From an uncultured Bacillota bacterium (GTDB lineage Bacteria > Bacillota > DTU025 > MWDF01), in contig CAWGMK010000013.1 of NCBI GenBank assembly GCA_963823655.1, positions 448,001 through 512,000 of the forward strand: DNA of 64,000 nucleotides. Direction: 5' to 3'. This document shows, in pieces, positions 1 through 10,391 of this stretch. Within the stretch, counting starts at the first letter, position 1. Each line of letters starts with the position of its first letter. The notes beneath the pieces were generated by a model that was given only the letters and a program-made list of their open reading frames with translations, had not been told where the DNA came from and made no database searches. Both the position numbers and the translations under genes were made by a program.

Positions 1-728
1 GGGATGATCAGGAGACATTCTTCTCTCTGCCTTGCATGGGTTTGGCCCATTACCCGCAGGCATGGTCGCTCCCGTTAGCAATCATTGCTGCCCTTCTCCT
101 ACTGATATCTTTAGTCCTGGCCTTGAAGCATCGCCTTTCTTCTTGGCGCGGTTTAGCTGCTGCCTTTGGCATAATCCTGTTAATGGCCGCAATCGGGGGC
201 CTCGGTATAGGCGCACTTAAGCCGCTCCTGCCTAAGCTGTTCGGCTGGCAGACATGGCAATGGGGAGAGTGGCCCGAAGCAATCCCTCCATACGGAGGCC
301 TTGTCGTAGCAGGCTTGGATTTAATCGTCCTTGGAATGGTAATGGCAGGATACATCTTGTTGCGTCGCAAGAGCAGCCGAATGGACTTCTCGCTGGCGGG
401 ATTAGTCCCATTTTGCATCCTGGCCGTACTCCTGGCAGCCATTGAACCTCGAACTGCCTATGTATTCATCTGGCCTGTCATGCTGGGCGCATTTGGCTGG
501 ATTACAGTTTCTGTTTTTGGCAGGAAATCTAATCGATGGTTAGAGGACTTCGCTGCTACCTTGCCGGCCGTGGCTCTGATAGTGCTGCTCTTGCCATTCC
601 TGCCCGGCATCGTCATGGCTGATGGGATGAAGAGCATAGAGATGCTAGCCGCAGTGGAAGTCCTGCTGTTAAGCGTTACACTGCCGGCAGTAGATGGGTT
701 GCTCGTGCGCCAAGCAAAACGGGCTTGA
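1..728 (+). CDS. Multi-pass membrane protein, 5'-truncated; resembles the C-terminal membrane domain of M28-family peptidases
   Basis: ORF 36..728 is highly hydrophobic with several TM segments; frame probably begins upstream of the window. Confidence 0.5.
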   Translation, partial: DDQETFFSLPCMGLAHYPQAWSLPLAIIAALLLLISLVLALKHRLSSWRGLAAAFGIILLMAAIGGLGIGALKPLLPKLFGWQTWQWGEWPEAIPPYGGLVVAGLDLIVLGMVMAGYILLRRKSSRMDFSLAGLVPFCILAVLLAAIEPRTAYVFIWPVMLGAFGWITVSVFGRKSNRWLEDFAATLPAVALIVLLLPFLPGIVMADGMKSIEMLAAVEVLLLSVTLPAVDGLLVRQAKRA

Positions 729-1053
729 CCTTGATTTGACTGTGAGATGGTTTGGAGAATCCGTGAAGGTTTTCGCTCAAAGCAATAGGATATTTGGTTA
801 CGTTCTAATCATTGAATAAGTCCGGGCAATTGTCCAAGGCTCGGACTTAAGTTTGTATTTTGCCCCGCCGTACATATAAGGGTAATATTGGTCTGGACAG
901 GAATGCGGACGAGAACCCCGGAAGATAGTTTTTTGCCTGCCTTGTCGAAGTAAGCCATGTGGATTTTGGAAAGCCTATTCTTTGTTACGGCACTGCAGGT
1001 TGCGCAAAGTTCTGTTCGGATTCTAGAGGCAAAAGAGCAAGGAGAGAAAGTGA

Positions 1054-1401
1054 ATGAAACCGAAGTTATTTACGATGGCCTTTTCTAGCGTATATCCACT
1101 ATACATCAAAAAAGTGGAGAGAAAGGGGCGCAATAAGGGTGAGGTCGATGCCGTCATTTTTTGGCTTACGGGATATGACGAGCACGGCTTGCTGTCGCAA
1201 ATCGAAAGAGGGGTCGACTTCGAGACTTTCTTTAACGAGGCTCCGAAAATCAACGCAAATGCGAACAAGATCACCGGGGTAATATGTGGCGTACGAGTTG
1301 AGGAAATCGAAGACCCGCTTATGCAGAAGGTCCGCTGGCTTGATAAATTGGTTGATGAGCTGGCAAAAGGCAAAAAGATGGAGAAGATTCTGAGAAGTTG
1401 A
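1054..1401 (+). CDS. DUF2200 family protein
   Basis: [17 protein letters not shown]...WLTGY...[35 protein letters not shown] signature. Confidence 0.9.
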   Translation: MKPKLFTMAFSSVYPLYIKKVERKGRNKGEVDAVIFWLTGYDEHGLLSQIERGVDFETFFNEAPKINANANKITGVICGVRVEEIEDPLMQKVRWLDKLVDELAKGKKMEKILRS

Positions 1402-1434
1402 GCCCAAGGTAAAATTTCTCTCGGAGGCTTTGCG

Positions 1435-1914
1435 ATGAAGGGACTTAATGATCTAGTAGTGGGGTACACCCGGCACTTGCAAGAGGGCGAAATCCAGGCG
1501 GCTTACAGGGGTATTTTGGAGTTCATCGGTAAACTGAGGGCGGATTTTGTTAAGCGCTCTCGTTACGACACCGGCAACATATATCAGGGTTATATGGACA
1601 TGACGTATTTTTCGCTTACAACGAAGGCGCTGAAAGACAATGGCTTGAAACTCGCCGTTGTTTACTTGCACGAAAAGGGAGCCTTTGAAGTATGGCTTTC
1701 AGCCCGCAACAGAGATATGGCTGGGAAATTCAGAACGGTCTTGAGCAGCGGGAATTTCGATAAGGCCGCCGTTTTCCATGAAGAAGACAATCAAGATGCC
1801 ATAATAGAATGCAAATTGACTGCTTCGCCGGATTTCGAGAACCAAGCCGCGCTAATCGATATAATCGAACAAGGCGTAGAGAAGTTCGAGGCGGCAATAA
1901 ACGACCTCATATGA
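1435..1914 (+). CDS. Conserved hypothetical protein (DUF7000-like)
   Basis: 159 aa ORF, GGAGG RBS, YQGYMDMTYF and FEVWLSARN motifs. Confidence 0.7.
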   Translation: MKGLNDLVVGYTRHLQEGEIQAAYRGILEFIGKLRADFVKRSRYDTGNIYQGYMDMTYFSLTTKALKDNGLKLAVVYLHEKGAFEVWLSARNRDMAGKFRTVLSSGNFDKAAVFHEEDNQDAIIECKLTASPDFENQAALIDIIEQGVEKFEAAINDLI

Positions 1915-1969
1915 AGCAAATTCCTCTTTACAGTATGCCAAAACAACAAGGCATCCAATGTCAGCAGTA

Positions 1970-2332
1970 TCACCTGTGGGCAGGCGAAAGGGCATCCATA
2001 GCCTCGTCAAGGTTGCTTACCCAAAACACCTGGTTTCCCTTGTTGCATTCATAAATGAAATCACGCAACGCCTTGCTATCGTATACGCTGAAGTCCCCCA
2101 CAATGGCAAGCCGGACGCGATAGTTCGAGAATTTTTGCAGCACTTCGCCTGCAAAGCGCGTCTTCAGGTCGAAGAAATCCTCAGCCAAGCTTTCTTTATA
2201 GATCACCAATGCATCGCTGTCACCCTGGTATTGCGCGGTTGCCATTAGGTCAAGCGCTTCCTGCACGTTGTTTATCCTCTCAACAAGGTCGATTATCGCG
2301 ATGCTCCGGCCATTCTTCTCAACAATCTGCAT
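1970..2332 (-). CDS. DUF4180 domain protein
   Basis: EDFFDLKTRFAGEVLQKFSNYRVRLAIVGDFS...LRDFIYECNKG signature. Confidence 0.9.
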   Translation of the reverse strand: MQIVEKNGRSIAIIDLVERINNVQEALDLMATAQYQGDSDALVIYKESLAEDFFDLKTRFAGEVLQKFSNYRVRLAIVGDFSVYDSKALRDFIYECNKGNQVFWVSNLDEAMDALSPAHR

Positions 2333-2334
2333 GC

Positions 2335-3162
2335 CTAAAGCTCCTTCGCCAAAAATGGCATTACCGTATCAGCCGCGCTCATTATCACATGTGCCCCTTT
2401 TATCAGGTGCACCTTCGCATGCGGGACAAATCGCAAAAGCCGCTGTGCGGCAATTTCGGCATCCATCGTAACGTCTTCTGTGCCGGCTATGAGCAGCACA
2501 GGCATGGTAAGAGCATGCAGCTGCTTTTCTGTCAGAACGGGCAGCGCTCCTGTGATGGGATTGAAGTTCTCCATAACCAGCGCCATGAATTCAAGCACTT
2601 CTTTTGGGACCTGGACATCCCCCATCACTGCGGCGCTCACTGATGCTGCTTTGCTAGGATCTCCAGCAATATCCTCGGTCAGGTCCAGGAAGGGCTGCCT
2701 GGGCGGAATAATCCCCGATGGTGCCATCAATGCCAGCGCCATCGTACGTTTTGGAAACTCGGATGCAAAATGCAAAGCCAGCCAGCCGCCCATGGAGTTG
2801 CCAATCACTACAGCCTTCTCAACTCCCAGCGCATCGATTACTTCGTTCAGCCAACGAGGATATTCATCTGTATCAAGGGCCAATCGGCTCTCATCGCTGT
2901 TGCCGGCTTCGCCCAGGATATCGACTGCAAAAACATGGTATTTGGCGGCAAACGCCGGAATGTCACCCAACCATGCTGCGCTGTTGCTGCACGACCCATG
3001 CAGAAGTACGACTGCCGGGTTTTCGGCTTCTCCTGCTTCCAGCACAAATGTATTCCCGAAAGATGTACTTACAAACCTCTTGGTTAGCGGGAAAAAGCTT
3101 AGGATCCCATTGTAGTAACCCCGGATTTTCTCCCGTCCCTCATCGGATTTGAAAACGCTCAT
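2335..3162 (-). CDS. Alpha/beta fold hydrolase
   Basis: VLLHGS oxyanion motif, GNSMGG nucleophile elbow, C-terminal Asp/His (GTED, GAH). Confidence 0.9.
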   Translation of the reverse strand: MSVFKSDEGREKIRGYYNGILSFFPLTKRFVSTSFGNTFVLEAGEAENPAVVLLHGSCSNSAAWLGDIPAFAAKYHVFAVDILGEAGNSDESRLALDTDEYPRWLNEVIDALGVEKAVVIGNSMGGWLALHFASEFPKRTMALALMAPSGIIPPRQPFLDLTEDIAGDPSKAASVSAAVMGDVQVPKEVLEFMALVMENFNPITGALPVLTEKQLHALTMPVLLIAGTEDVTMDAEIAAQRLLRFVPHAKVHLIKGAHVIMSAADTVMPFLAKEL

Positions 3163-3165
3163 CTT

Positions 3166-3621
3166 TTATGTTCTCTCCTCTTCAAATTGCTCCGCATACA
3201 CTTCTATTGCATTAAGAATCGCCGACATGAATTGGATATTGCCCCAGAGCGTAATCCTCACAATGTTATCGAACTCATTGAACTGCGCATGCATTGAAGC
3301 CTGGCCATATTCCGGCGGCTTCACATTCATCACGGCAGTAAGCGTGTTGATGATGCGCATGGCATCATCCTTGCCCGTCACCGAAATGTCGACAACCGAT
3401 GAGGCCCTTGTCCTTTCCCTTGCCCTTTGCGTGGCATCGCTTTCATCTGTATCTGTAGATGCCCTTTTTGCAAACTTGTCGAAATCATGCCCCGAAACGC
3501 GCCAGCTCTTTCCTATTTTGGTTGCCGCAAGCTTCCCCTCTCGGATGTAGCGCTGAATCGTCTTGGGGTGAATGCCAAGCATCTTTGCGATTTGCTCTAC
3601 ATTATAGAATGCTTCATCCAT
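3166..3621 (-). CDS. HTH_17 (excisionase/MerR-like) DNA-binding protein with C-terminal extension
   Basis: FYNVEQIAKMLGIHPKTIQRYIREGKLAATKIGKSWRV; first gene of a 3-gene operon. Confidence 0.85.
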   Translation of the reverse strand: MDEAFYNVEQIAKMLGIHPKTIQRYIREGKLAATKIGKSWRVSGHDFDKFAKRASTDTDESDATQRARERTRASSVVDISVTGKDDAMRIINTLTAVMNVKPPEYGQASMHAQFNEFDNIVRITLWGNIQFMSAILNAIEVYAEQFEEERT

Positions 3622-4145
3622 TCCTTATTGCTCCTTATTATTACCTATAACAGATTAATAAGGCTTAATTAGCAATATGTCAAGTAGTTAACATAAAATT
3701 AGCCAACAGAGGTGACTCGAAGGATTCGCAAACCATAAGAGGATAGCAATGAGAGCCGAATGAGCGTTTAGCAAAATCCTTACCTACATTTCGGGAAGCA
3801 GGCAATGGCACCTAAAGAGAATTGCCAATCCTAATATGTTAAGTAGATTAAGCTTATATGCAGGAATATTGGCAGACCAACCGAGGACATTGCTCGAAAT
3901 CCGAACTAAGCAGTTTGTTATAATGATAATATGACGCACAAATCTCTTGAGCCTCAGACATTACGCATTGGTATCTAGGGCATGCGTAGAAGTTGACTTC
4001 TCGATGGGGTATTTGAAGAACAACTTAACCTATCCAGCCAAGTTATATGCGCCCAAAGCTGCCCCACCGCTCGATTACGAAGATCTGATCCCATATTCAC
4101 TGAATGATCCCTTGATGACGCCAATGAGATTTGAGGTGGCGATGC

Positions 4146-4910
4146 ATGAATAGAATGCCGGTTATCTTCGTCGGTCACGGTTCTCCCATGAATGCAATTG
4201 AGGACAATGATTACACCAGAAAATGGGTTGAAATCGGCGCTGTCATTCCGAAGCCGGATGCAATCCTCTCGGTATCCGCCCACTGGACGACGAACGGGAC
4301 TTGTTTGAATGACAGCCCCCACCCCCGTACCGTCTACGATATGTACGGATTTCCAAGTGAGCTGTATGAGGTAGTCTACCAGCCATATGGCGCACCCGAG
4401 CATGCCCGTATGGCTGCAGGATTGATTGAAAACGCCCGTATCGACAATAGCTGGGGCATCGATCATGGTAGCTGGTCTGTCCTGAACAGGATGTATCCGA
4501 ATGCCGACATACCTGTCTTCCAGCTGAGCCTGGATAGGAGCGCATCCCGTAAGCATCATTTCGAGCTGGGTCAGGCAATCAAGCCGTTGAGAGAGAGAAA
4601 TATCCTGATCATTGGAAGCGGCAATGTCGTCCATAACCTGTCCCTCGTCAACTGGGATGTGGATGGCGGATATCCATGGGCCGTCGAATTCGATGGATAC
4701 ATCAAGGACCGGATATTGAAAAGGGAGTTCAATGACGTTATTGATTATAATAGCGCCGGGGCGTCAGCAAAAACCGCTTTTCGTACAACGGAGCACTTCG
4801 ATCCCCTGCTCTATGTTCTTGGCGCCTCAGATACAGATGACCGGCTTACAGTCCTGAATGATAGCTGCACTATGGGCTCGATCTCCATGACATGTTACCT
4901 TTTCGAATAA
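4146..4910 (+). CDS. ygiD: 4,5-DOPA extradiol dioxygenase (LigB family)
   Basis: MPVIFVGHGSPMNAI, SAHW, YDMYGFP, WGIDHGSW, GSGNVVHNL, EHFDPLLY; ATG at 4146 after GAGG. Confidence 0.9.
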   Translation: MNRMPVIFVGHGSPMNAIEDNDYTRKWVEIGAVIPKPDAILSVSAHWTTNGTCLNDSPHPRTVYDMYGFPSELYEVVYQPYGAPEHARMAAGLIENARIDNSWGIDHGSWSVLNRMYPNADIPVFQLSLDRSASRKHHFELGQAIKPLRERNILIIGSGNVVHNLSLVNWDVDGGYPWAVEFDGYIKDRILKREFNDVIDYNSAGASAKTAFRTTEHFDPLLYVLGASDTDDRLTVLNDSCTMGSISMTCYLFE

Positions 4911-4994
4911 GTAGGGCATCATCAGAGGAAGCAGGCGCGAGCGTCAAAGCAGGAATACCACCTAAATATGCTTAGTATCCCAGGAGGTGATCTG

Positions 4995-5987
4995 ATGGAA
5001 CTAGCTTTGATGTTGGCTGAAAGCCGTGAACCCTGGACCTCGTATGCTGCTTTGAAGGACCTTTGCGGCAAGAGCGATTCGGAGAAGGAAGTAATCGCAG
5101 CAAGGAAGCTGCTTCTGTCCCACCCTCTTGTGACAGGGTTGATCGATGAACTTACCAATTGGCCCGGTGAGGTGCTTGCCAGCCATAAAAGCGCAAAGCA
5201 GTCCTTCCATAAACTGGCGTTCCTTGCCGACATAGGATTGCGGGCTGACGATCCCGGAATGCCTGCAGTATCGATAAGCAAGGTGCGAGAGCATATATCC
5301 GTGGAGGGCTTCGTGCAGCTGCCCACTTGCATACCGGAGCATTACGGCGGCTCAGGAAAGCAAGAATGGGCCTGGGCCGCATGCGATGCACCCATTACTT
5401 TGTACGCGCTGGCTAAGATGGGGCTCAAGGACGACCCCCAGGTCAGAAAGGGCGTCTCATCATTATTGGGGCTTTCCAGGGCCAACGGATGGGGCTGCAC
5501 GGTATCGAAGGAATTGGGCAATTTCAGAGGGCCGGGACGCAAATCGGACCCATGCCCTTATGTGAACCTAATAATGCTTAAGCTGCTCTCCCTTTTCGAC
5601 GATTTGAAGTCCGGACCAGAGGCAAAAAGCGCGGTCGCCTGCCTTCTCGATTTATGGGAGCACAGCTTGGAATCTCACCCTTACATCTTCTACATGGGAA
5701 ATGATTTCAGGAAGCTTAAGGCGCCTTTCATCTGGTATGACATTCTGCATGTCGTTGAAGCGTTGTCGCACTACGAGGCCGCAGTCTCCGACTCCAGATT
5801 CAAGGATATGCTGTCACTCGTTAATTCCAAGTCGGAGCCGAATGGCCAATTTGTGCCTGAGTCTGTATGGCAAGCCTGGAAAGGCTGGGATTTCGGTCAG
5901 TCGAAAGGGCCTTCTTCATGGATTAGCCTTGTCGTGGCGCGTATCAACAAAAGGGTCATGAAGAGCCCGGATAGGAGCCTGTTATGA
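4995..5987 (+). CDS. Conserved hypothetical protein, probable alpha/alpha-barrel (prenyltransferase-like) repeat fold
   Basis: AGGAGG RBS then ATG 4995; GWGC, CPY, FRKLKAPFIWYDILHV and WKGWDFGQ motifs. Confidence 0.6.
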   Translation: MELALMLAESREPWTSYAALKDLCGKSDSEKEVIAARKLLLSHPLVTGLIDELTNWPGEVLASHKSAKQSFHKLAFLADIGLRADDPGMPAVSISKVREHISVEGFVQLPTCIPEHYGGSGKQEWAWAACDAPITLYALAKMGLKDDPQVRKGVSSLLGLSRANGWGCTVSKELGNFRGPGRKSDPCPYVNLIMLKLLSLFDDLKSGPEAKSAVACLLDLWEHSLESHPYIFYMGNDFRKLKAPFIWYDILHVVEALSHYEAAVSDSRFKDMLSLVNSKSEPNGQFVPESVWQAWKGWDFGQSKGPSSWISLVVARINKRVMKSPDRSLL

Positions 5988-6352
5988 ACGATGCGATAAT
6001 GTCCCTGTTCGGGTCGGAGCCCCGTGCCGTTGTCCTGTATGAAGCATTGGAAAAGGCCATTATGGCTATGCCCGATGTCACGAGGATTATCAGGAAGACA
6101 CAGGTATCCTTCAGCGCAAAAAGGGGATTTGCATGGATTTGGTTGCCCATAATGAAAGTCGGAAATCGGCCGGACGTGTATGTAGTGTTGTCTTTCGGCC
6201 TTGAGGCCAGGATCGAAAGCCCCAGGATAGAAGAGGCTGTAGAGCCCTACCCGAACAGGTGGACTCATCACGTAATCATCGACAGCGAAAGCGAAATTGA
6301 CAATGAGCTGCTAGGTTGGCTTGCGCAAGCGCACGATTTCGCAAGCCGTTAA
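5984..6352 (+). CDS. DUF5655 domain protein
   Basis: KTQVSF...FAWIW...SPRIEEAVEPYPNRWTHHV...IDNELLGWL; ATGA overlap with the previous gene. Confidence 0.8.
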   Translation: MNDAIMSLFGSEPRAVVLYEALEKAIMAMPDVTRIIRKTQVSFSAKRGFAWIWLPIMKVGNRPDVYVVLSFGLEARIESPRIEEAVEPYPNRWTHHVIIDSESEIDNELLGWLAQAHDFASR

Positions 6353-6443
6353 CTGGCAGCCAACGTTTCTTGATATCCGTTTCCGATCGATTTCAGTTAA
6401 ACTAGCCTTTAGAACGAAAAAGCGGACTGTAAGGTGCGACCCC

Positions 6444-6863
6444 CTACTTTCCGCCTGAGTGGCTGAACTGCCAATATACCCCGAATTTGTCCGAAACGTA
6501 GCCATACAGCTTGCTCCAGAATGTCTCCTGCAGGGGCATTATAATGGTCCCCTCTGCCGCAATTGCGTTGAACAGCCTCTTTACCTCTTCCATATCCTCA
6601 TTCACGACTGTCAGGCTTACATTATTGCCCACTACCAAGCCCGTTCCCGGCGGAATATCCGAGAACATAATATTGACCCCGTCAATATTTAGGCTCGTAT
6701 ACATGATCAGGCCTTCCGTTTCCTTGGTTTGCGGGAAGTAATCGTCACCGGGATTATCGGCGAAAGTCATGAATTCCGGTATATCCTTTTTGAACAGCTC
6801 TGCGTAGAAAAGTACAGCCTGCTTGCACTTTCCTTCGAAGTTGATGAATATGTCCAAGGCCAT
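6444..6863 (-). CDS. VOC/PhnB family protein
   Basis: FINFEGKCKQAVLFY...MPLQETFWSKLYGYVSDKFGVYWQ; ATG 6863 after GGAGG. Confidence 0.9.
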   Translation of the reverse strand: MALDIFINFEGKCKQAVLFYAELFKKDIPEFMTFADNPGDDYFPQTKETEGLIMYTSLNIDGVNIMFSDIPPGTGLVVGNNVSLTVVNEDMEEVKRLFNAIAAEGTIIMPLQETFWSKLYGYVSDKFGVYWQFSHSGGK

Positions 6864-7066
6864 TGCAAGTCCTCCCCCACTCTTAATTCTTGACCGATTC
6901 CGCGGCTTCGTTTTCCCAAGGCTTATCAATGATTCTACCATCAGGCAAGCGCATGCACTATCCAAGTGCCGAAATGCCACAACAAGCCCCCAAAGAAGGG
7001 ATATCCGTTTTATACTTGAATATGGCTAAGGAAGCGCGGTTACTCGCGGCAGAAGAGGTGTACGGC

Positions 7067-7894
7067 ATGGAAGTAAGCTTGAACGACCTGCTATTTGCAT
7101 TCGGGCTCACTGTTTTCGCGGGCCTTAGCACAGGAATAGGAAGCGCTCTTGCTTTCTATACTAAGAAGGCCAACAGGAAGTTCCTTTCCACCACCCTTGG
7201 CTTTTCTGCCGGCGTGATGATCTACGTATCCCTCATCGAGATCTTCGCCAAGGCCCGCGCATCCCTCGACTCATATTACGGCAGCCCAGGAGGCTATATT
7301 GCGACTACTGTAGCCTTTTTCGCCGGCATTGCGCTCATTGCGATCATTGATAAGCTGGTCCCAAGCGGAGAGAACCCTCACGAAATGAAGGATATCGGCG
7401 AGCTGTCCGATATCAAGCCGGGGAACCCGGCCCTGCTGCGCATGGGCATGTTCTCGGCCCTTGCAATTGCCATACACAACTTCCCCGAGGGCCTGGCGAC
7501 ATTCACGAGCGCCCTTCAGGATACAAGGCTGGGAATCAGCATCGCCGTCGCCATTGCCATACATAACATACCTGAGGGCATCGCAGTGTCCGTGCCGGTG
7601 TATTATGCAACCGGCAGCAAGAAGAAGGCCTTCCTTTACTCCTTCCTATCGGGCCTGTCGGAGCCCGTGGGCGCCGCAGTCGGGTATTTCCTCCTGATGA
7701 GATATCTCAACGATGCGATGTTCGGTATAATATTCGCGTCTGTAGCCGGCATAATGGTGTACATCTCGCTGGATGAGCTGCTTCCGACAGCCGAGAAATA
7801 CGGAGAGCACCACCTGGCGATATATGGGTTGATTTCGGGCATGGCGGTCATGGCGGCAAGCCTTCTGCTCTTTCGCCAAGTAGGAAGTCATTGA
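7067..7894 (+). CDS. zupT: ZIP family zinc transporter ZupT
   Basis: [48 protein letters not shown]. Confidence 0.93.
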   Translation: MEVSLNDLLFAFGLTVFAGLSTGIGSALAFYTKKANRKFLSTTLGFSAGVMIYVSLIEIFAKARASLDSYYGSPGGYIATTVAFFAGIALIAIIDKLVPSGENPHEMKDIGELSDIKPGNPALLRMGMFSALAIAIHNFPEGLATFTSALQDTRLGISIAVAIAIHNIPEGIAVSVPVYYATGSKKKAFLYSFLSGLSEPVGAAVGYFLLMRYLNDAMFGIIFASVAGIMVYISLDELLPTAEKYGEHHLAIYGLISGMAVMAASLLLFRQVGSH

Positions 7895-7900
7895 TGGGGG

Positions 7901-8261
7901 TTGAGGAATTGGATAAGAAGCCTAAACGACAGGAAAACAATTAAGGAAGCTTACAGGCAACGGCGGATTATCGGCGGAGTAAGCGCCATCAGAAACTCCG
8001 TCAACGGCAAGATGCTGATAGAATCCGCTGTCGACCTAAGCTCGAAGCTCAATAGGTTCCAATTCGCCAAAGCGGCCGGCAACTGCATCTACCCGCGCCT
8101 GCAGGCTGACTGGGAGAAGTACGGCGCCGCAAGCTTCTCATTCGTTGTGCTCGGAGCAGCTGGAAAAGCCCGATGATCAGGATATTCGGGAGTTTACTGA
8201 AAATATCGCACTTCTGGAGAGCATCTGGGTGGAGAAGACGGATACCGGGCTGCTCTACTGA
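7901..8261 (+). CDS. GIY-YIG nuclease-like small protein (frameshifted)
   Basis: IGGVSAIRNSVNGK...NRFQF...LQADWEKYG...FSFVVL; continues in another frame to TGA 8259-8261. Confidence 0.65.
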
Positions 8262-8287
8262 TTTCATGTCTATAGGAGGAAGAGGGA

Positions 8288-8848
8288 TTGTCGGACGGTT
8301 TTGCCCCGATCCTAACCGATAGGCTGATGATAAGGCTGCTGGACGAAAGGGACGCTTTAGGTCTCTTCGATTACCGCAACCTGCCCGAAGTTTACAGATA
8401 CCAGGCCTGGAAACCGGAAAGCATCGAATCGGTTACAGCCTTCGCTATTGAGAACTCGCAAATAGCCCCCTTCCAGCCCGGCAACTATACCCAGTTCGCA
8501 ATCTGCCTTAGAGGAAGCGATGCCATTATCGGAGATGTCGGCATAATATACGACACAGACGGGTGCCAGGCAGAGGTCGGTTTCTCCCTCTCCCCTCCCT
8601 TCCACGGCAAAGGCTATGCAACAGAGGCCGTCCGGGCCATGATGGATTACCTTTTCACTAAGCGGGCCCTGCACAGGCTATATGCCTCTGTCGATCCGGA
8701 CAATGGCCCTTCGATAAGGCTCCTTGAAAAGCTAGGCTTCAGATTCGAGGCCCATTTCATTAAGAGCTACCGCATGCGCGGCGGCTGGTATGATGATGTC
8801 ATATACGGGATTCTGGACGAAGAGTGGCCTACGGTGGCCGGTTCTTGA
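8288..8848 (+). CDS. GNAT N-acetyltransferase, RimJ/RimL family
   Basis: TDRLMIR, EVGFSLSPPFHGKGYATEAV, NGPSIRLLEKLGF. Confidence 0.9.
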   Translation: MSDGFAPILTDRLMIRLLDERDALGLFDYRNLPEVYRYQAWKPESIESVTAFAIENSQIAPFQPGNYTQFAICLRGSDAIIGDVGIIYDTDGCQAEVGFSLSPPFHGKGYATEAVRAMMDYLFTKRALHRLYASVDPDNGPSIRLLEKLGFRFEAHFIKSYRMRGGWYDDVIYGILDEEWPTVAGS

Positions 8849-8957
8849 AATATCGGATTAGTCATCATGAGTGAGACACGATAAGTACCGGAAGTGAAGG
8901 CTGATTCAAGAAACCGTTTCCTTCCAAAGCAAGCTGTAGTTCAATTTCGATATAGAG

Positions 8958-9341
8958 GTGATTGCATTGGTTTCGGACCTGATTGCCATATTCGACTCGC
9001 TCAGGCGTTTGATCGGCAAGTATGAGGGGCCTCTCACTGCCAAGATGGATATTCAGGGCAGGTACGACCTCTGGTCGATAAAAGAGATCGTGATCGATGG
9101 CCGCAAGAGAAAAGAAGTCGCCTTCGCATCGGCAATAATCCAAAGCAGCTATGTGGGCTTCTATTTCATGCCCGTCTACGTGGAGGAGCAGATGAAGCAG
9201 ATCTTCGCACCGGAGCTTCTAAAACTGCTGAAGGGCAAATCCTGTTTCCATATTAAAAAGATCGATGGCAAACTCGAAGAGATGATAGCAAAGGCTCTTG
9301 AGGACGGCTTCAGGCTTTATGTAGAACGAGGCTGGGTGTAA
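8958..9341 (+). CDS. Conserved hypothetical protein (DUF1801/YdhG-like)
   Basis: YVGFYFMPVY...LKGKSCFHIKK motif. Confidence 0.7.
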   Translation: MIALVSDLIAIFDSLRRLIGKYEGPLTAKMDIQGRYDLWSIKEIVIDGRKRKEVAFASAIIQSSYVGFYFMPVYVEEQMKQIFAPELLKLLKGKSCFHIKKIDGKLEEMIAKALEDGFRLYVERGWV

Positions 9342-9364
9342 GCCCGACGGTTGGAGGCAAGCAA

Positions 9365-10246
9365 ATGGGACTCGATATGGTGAAGCTCGGCGCAAGGACT
9401 TACTACTTCCCCGGCGGGACAAATGTCGGCATGTATTCGCCAGACGGCAAGGATGCTTACCTCATTGACAGCGGCAATGACAAGGAGGCGGGCCGAAGGC
9501 TGCTATCTGCGCTGAATGCTGGAGGCTACAGACTTAAGGCCGTGCTGAATACCCACTCGAATGCCGACCATTGCGGTGGAAACCAATTCCTGCAGGACAG
9601 GACCTCCTGCGATGTAATTTGCCCGGAGATAGAATCCGCATTCCTTCAGCACCCCATACTGGAACCCTCATTACTTTACGGGGGCATGGCGCCTCCGGAA
9701 CTGCTAAGCAAATTCTTCATGGCCAAGCCGTCCATCGTAGAGAAAGGCAGCATTAAAAAGCTGCCCGAAGGCGTGAAACCCATAGACCTCCCCGGCCACT
9801 ATTTCGGCATGTGCGGCTACCTGACGGATGACAGGGTCTTCTTCGCCGCAGATTCCCTCTTCTCGCAGCAGGTGCTGGAAAAATACCATATCTCATTCAT
9901 ACACGATGTAGCATCATTCCTGGCCACATTGGAGATGCTGCCATCCATCGATTGCGACCTGTTTGTCCCCTCCCACGCCCAACCGGCGAAAGATATCGGG
10001 GCACTGGCTGCTATAAACCGGGACAAGGTGAACGAGATATCGGCCCTTGTCTACGATTCCTGCAAGCAGCCTTCAAGCCCGGATGATGTGCTCAAGAGGA
10101 TTTTCGACCACTACGGATTGCTGATGGATATGGGGCAGTACGCCCTCGCCGGCAGCACAATTAGATCTTTCATTACTTACCTGCGCTCGCAGGGCCGACT
10201 GGAGCAGTCATTCGAAGGCAACCGCCTGCTATACCGGTCAATCTAA
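9365..10246 (+). CDS. MBL-fold metallo-hydrolase
   Basis: LIDSG, THSNADHCGG, PGH, ADS, VPSH metal-binding motifs. Confidence 0.9.
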   Translation: MGLDMVKLGARTYYFPGGTNVGMYSPDGKDAYLIDSGNDKEAGRRLLSALNAGGYRLKAVLNTHSNADHCGGNQFLQDRTSCDVICPEIESAFLQHPILEPSLLYGGMAPPELLSKFFMAKPSIVEKGSIKKLPEGVKPIDLPGHYFGMCGYLTDDRVFFAADSLFSQQVLEKYHISFIHDVASFLATLEMLPSIDCDLFVPSHAQPAKDIGALAAINRDKVNEISALVYDSCKQPSSPDDVLKRIFDHYGLLMDMGQYALAGSTIRSFITYLRSQGRLEQSFEGNRLLYRSI

Positions 10247-10318
10247 TACCCTCACCAAGCGACTTCCCGAGCAAGTATACAGGGGCTTTCATCTTTATGG
10301 GCGAAATTTCCTAGAATA

Positions 10319-10350
10319 ATGACAAGATTGTCATATGACATACTTGTCAT
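10319..10350. promoter_or_regulatory. Tandem palindromic operator (ATGACA-N4-TGTCAT x2), probable TetR site
   Basis: ATGACAAGATTGTCAT followed directly by ATGACATACTTGTCAT, about 40 bp upstream of the TetR gene. Confidence 0.7.
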
Positions 10351-10391
10351 ATTCTTTCTTTTGTGCAACAATTGCGCCGAAGGAGGAAATT

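Noticed and set aside
3947-4153. 68-aa ORF upstream of ygiD
   Set aside because: TTG start without a clear RBS and no recognisable motif; cannot support it as a gene
7901-8261. GIY-YIG protein as a homing endonuclease or defence nuclease
   Set aside because: Short stand-alone family member with a degenerate motif and no intron or defence context
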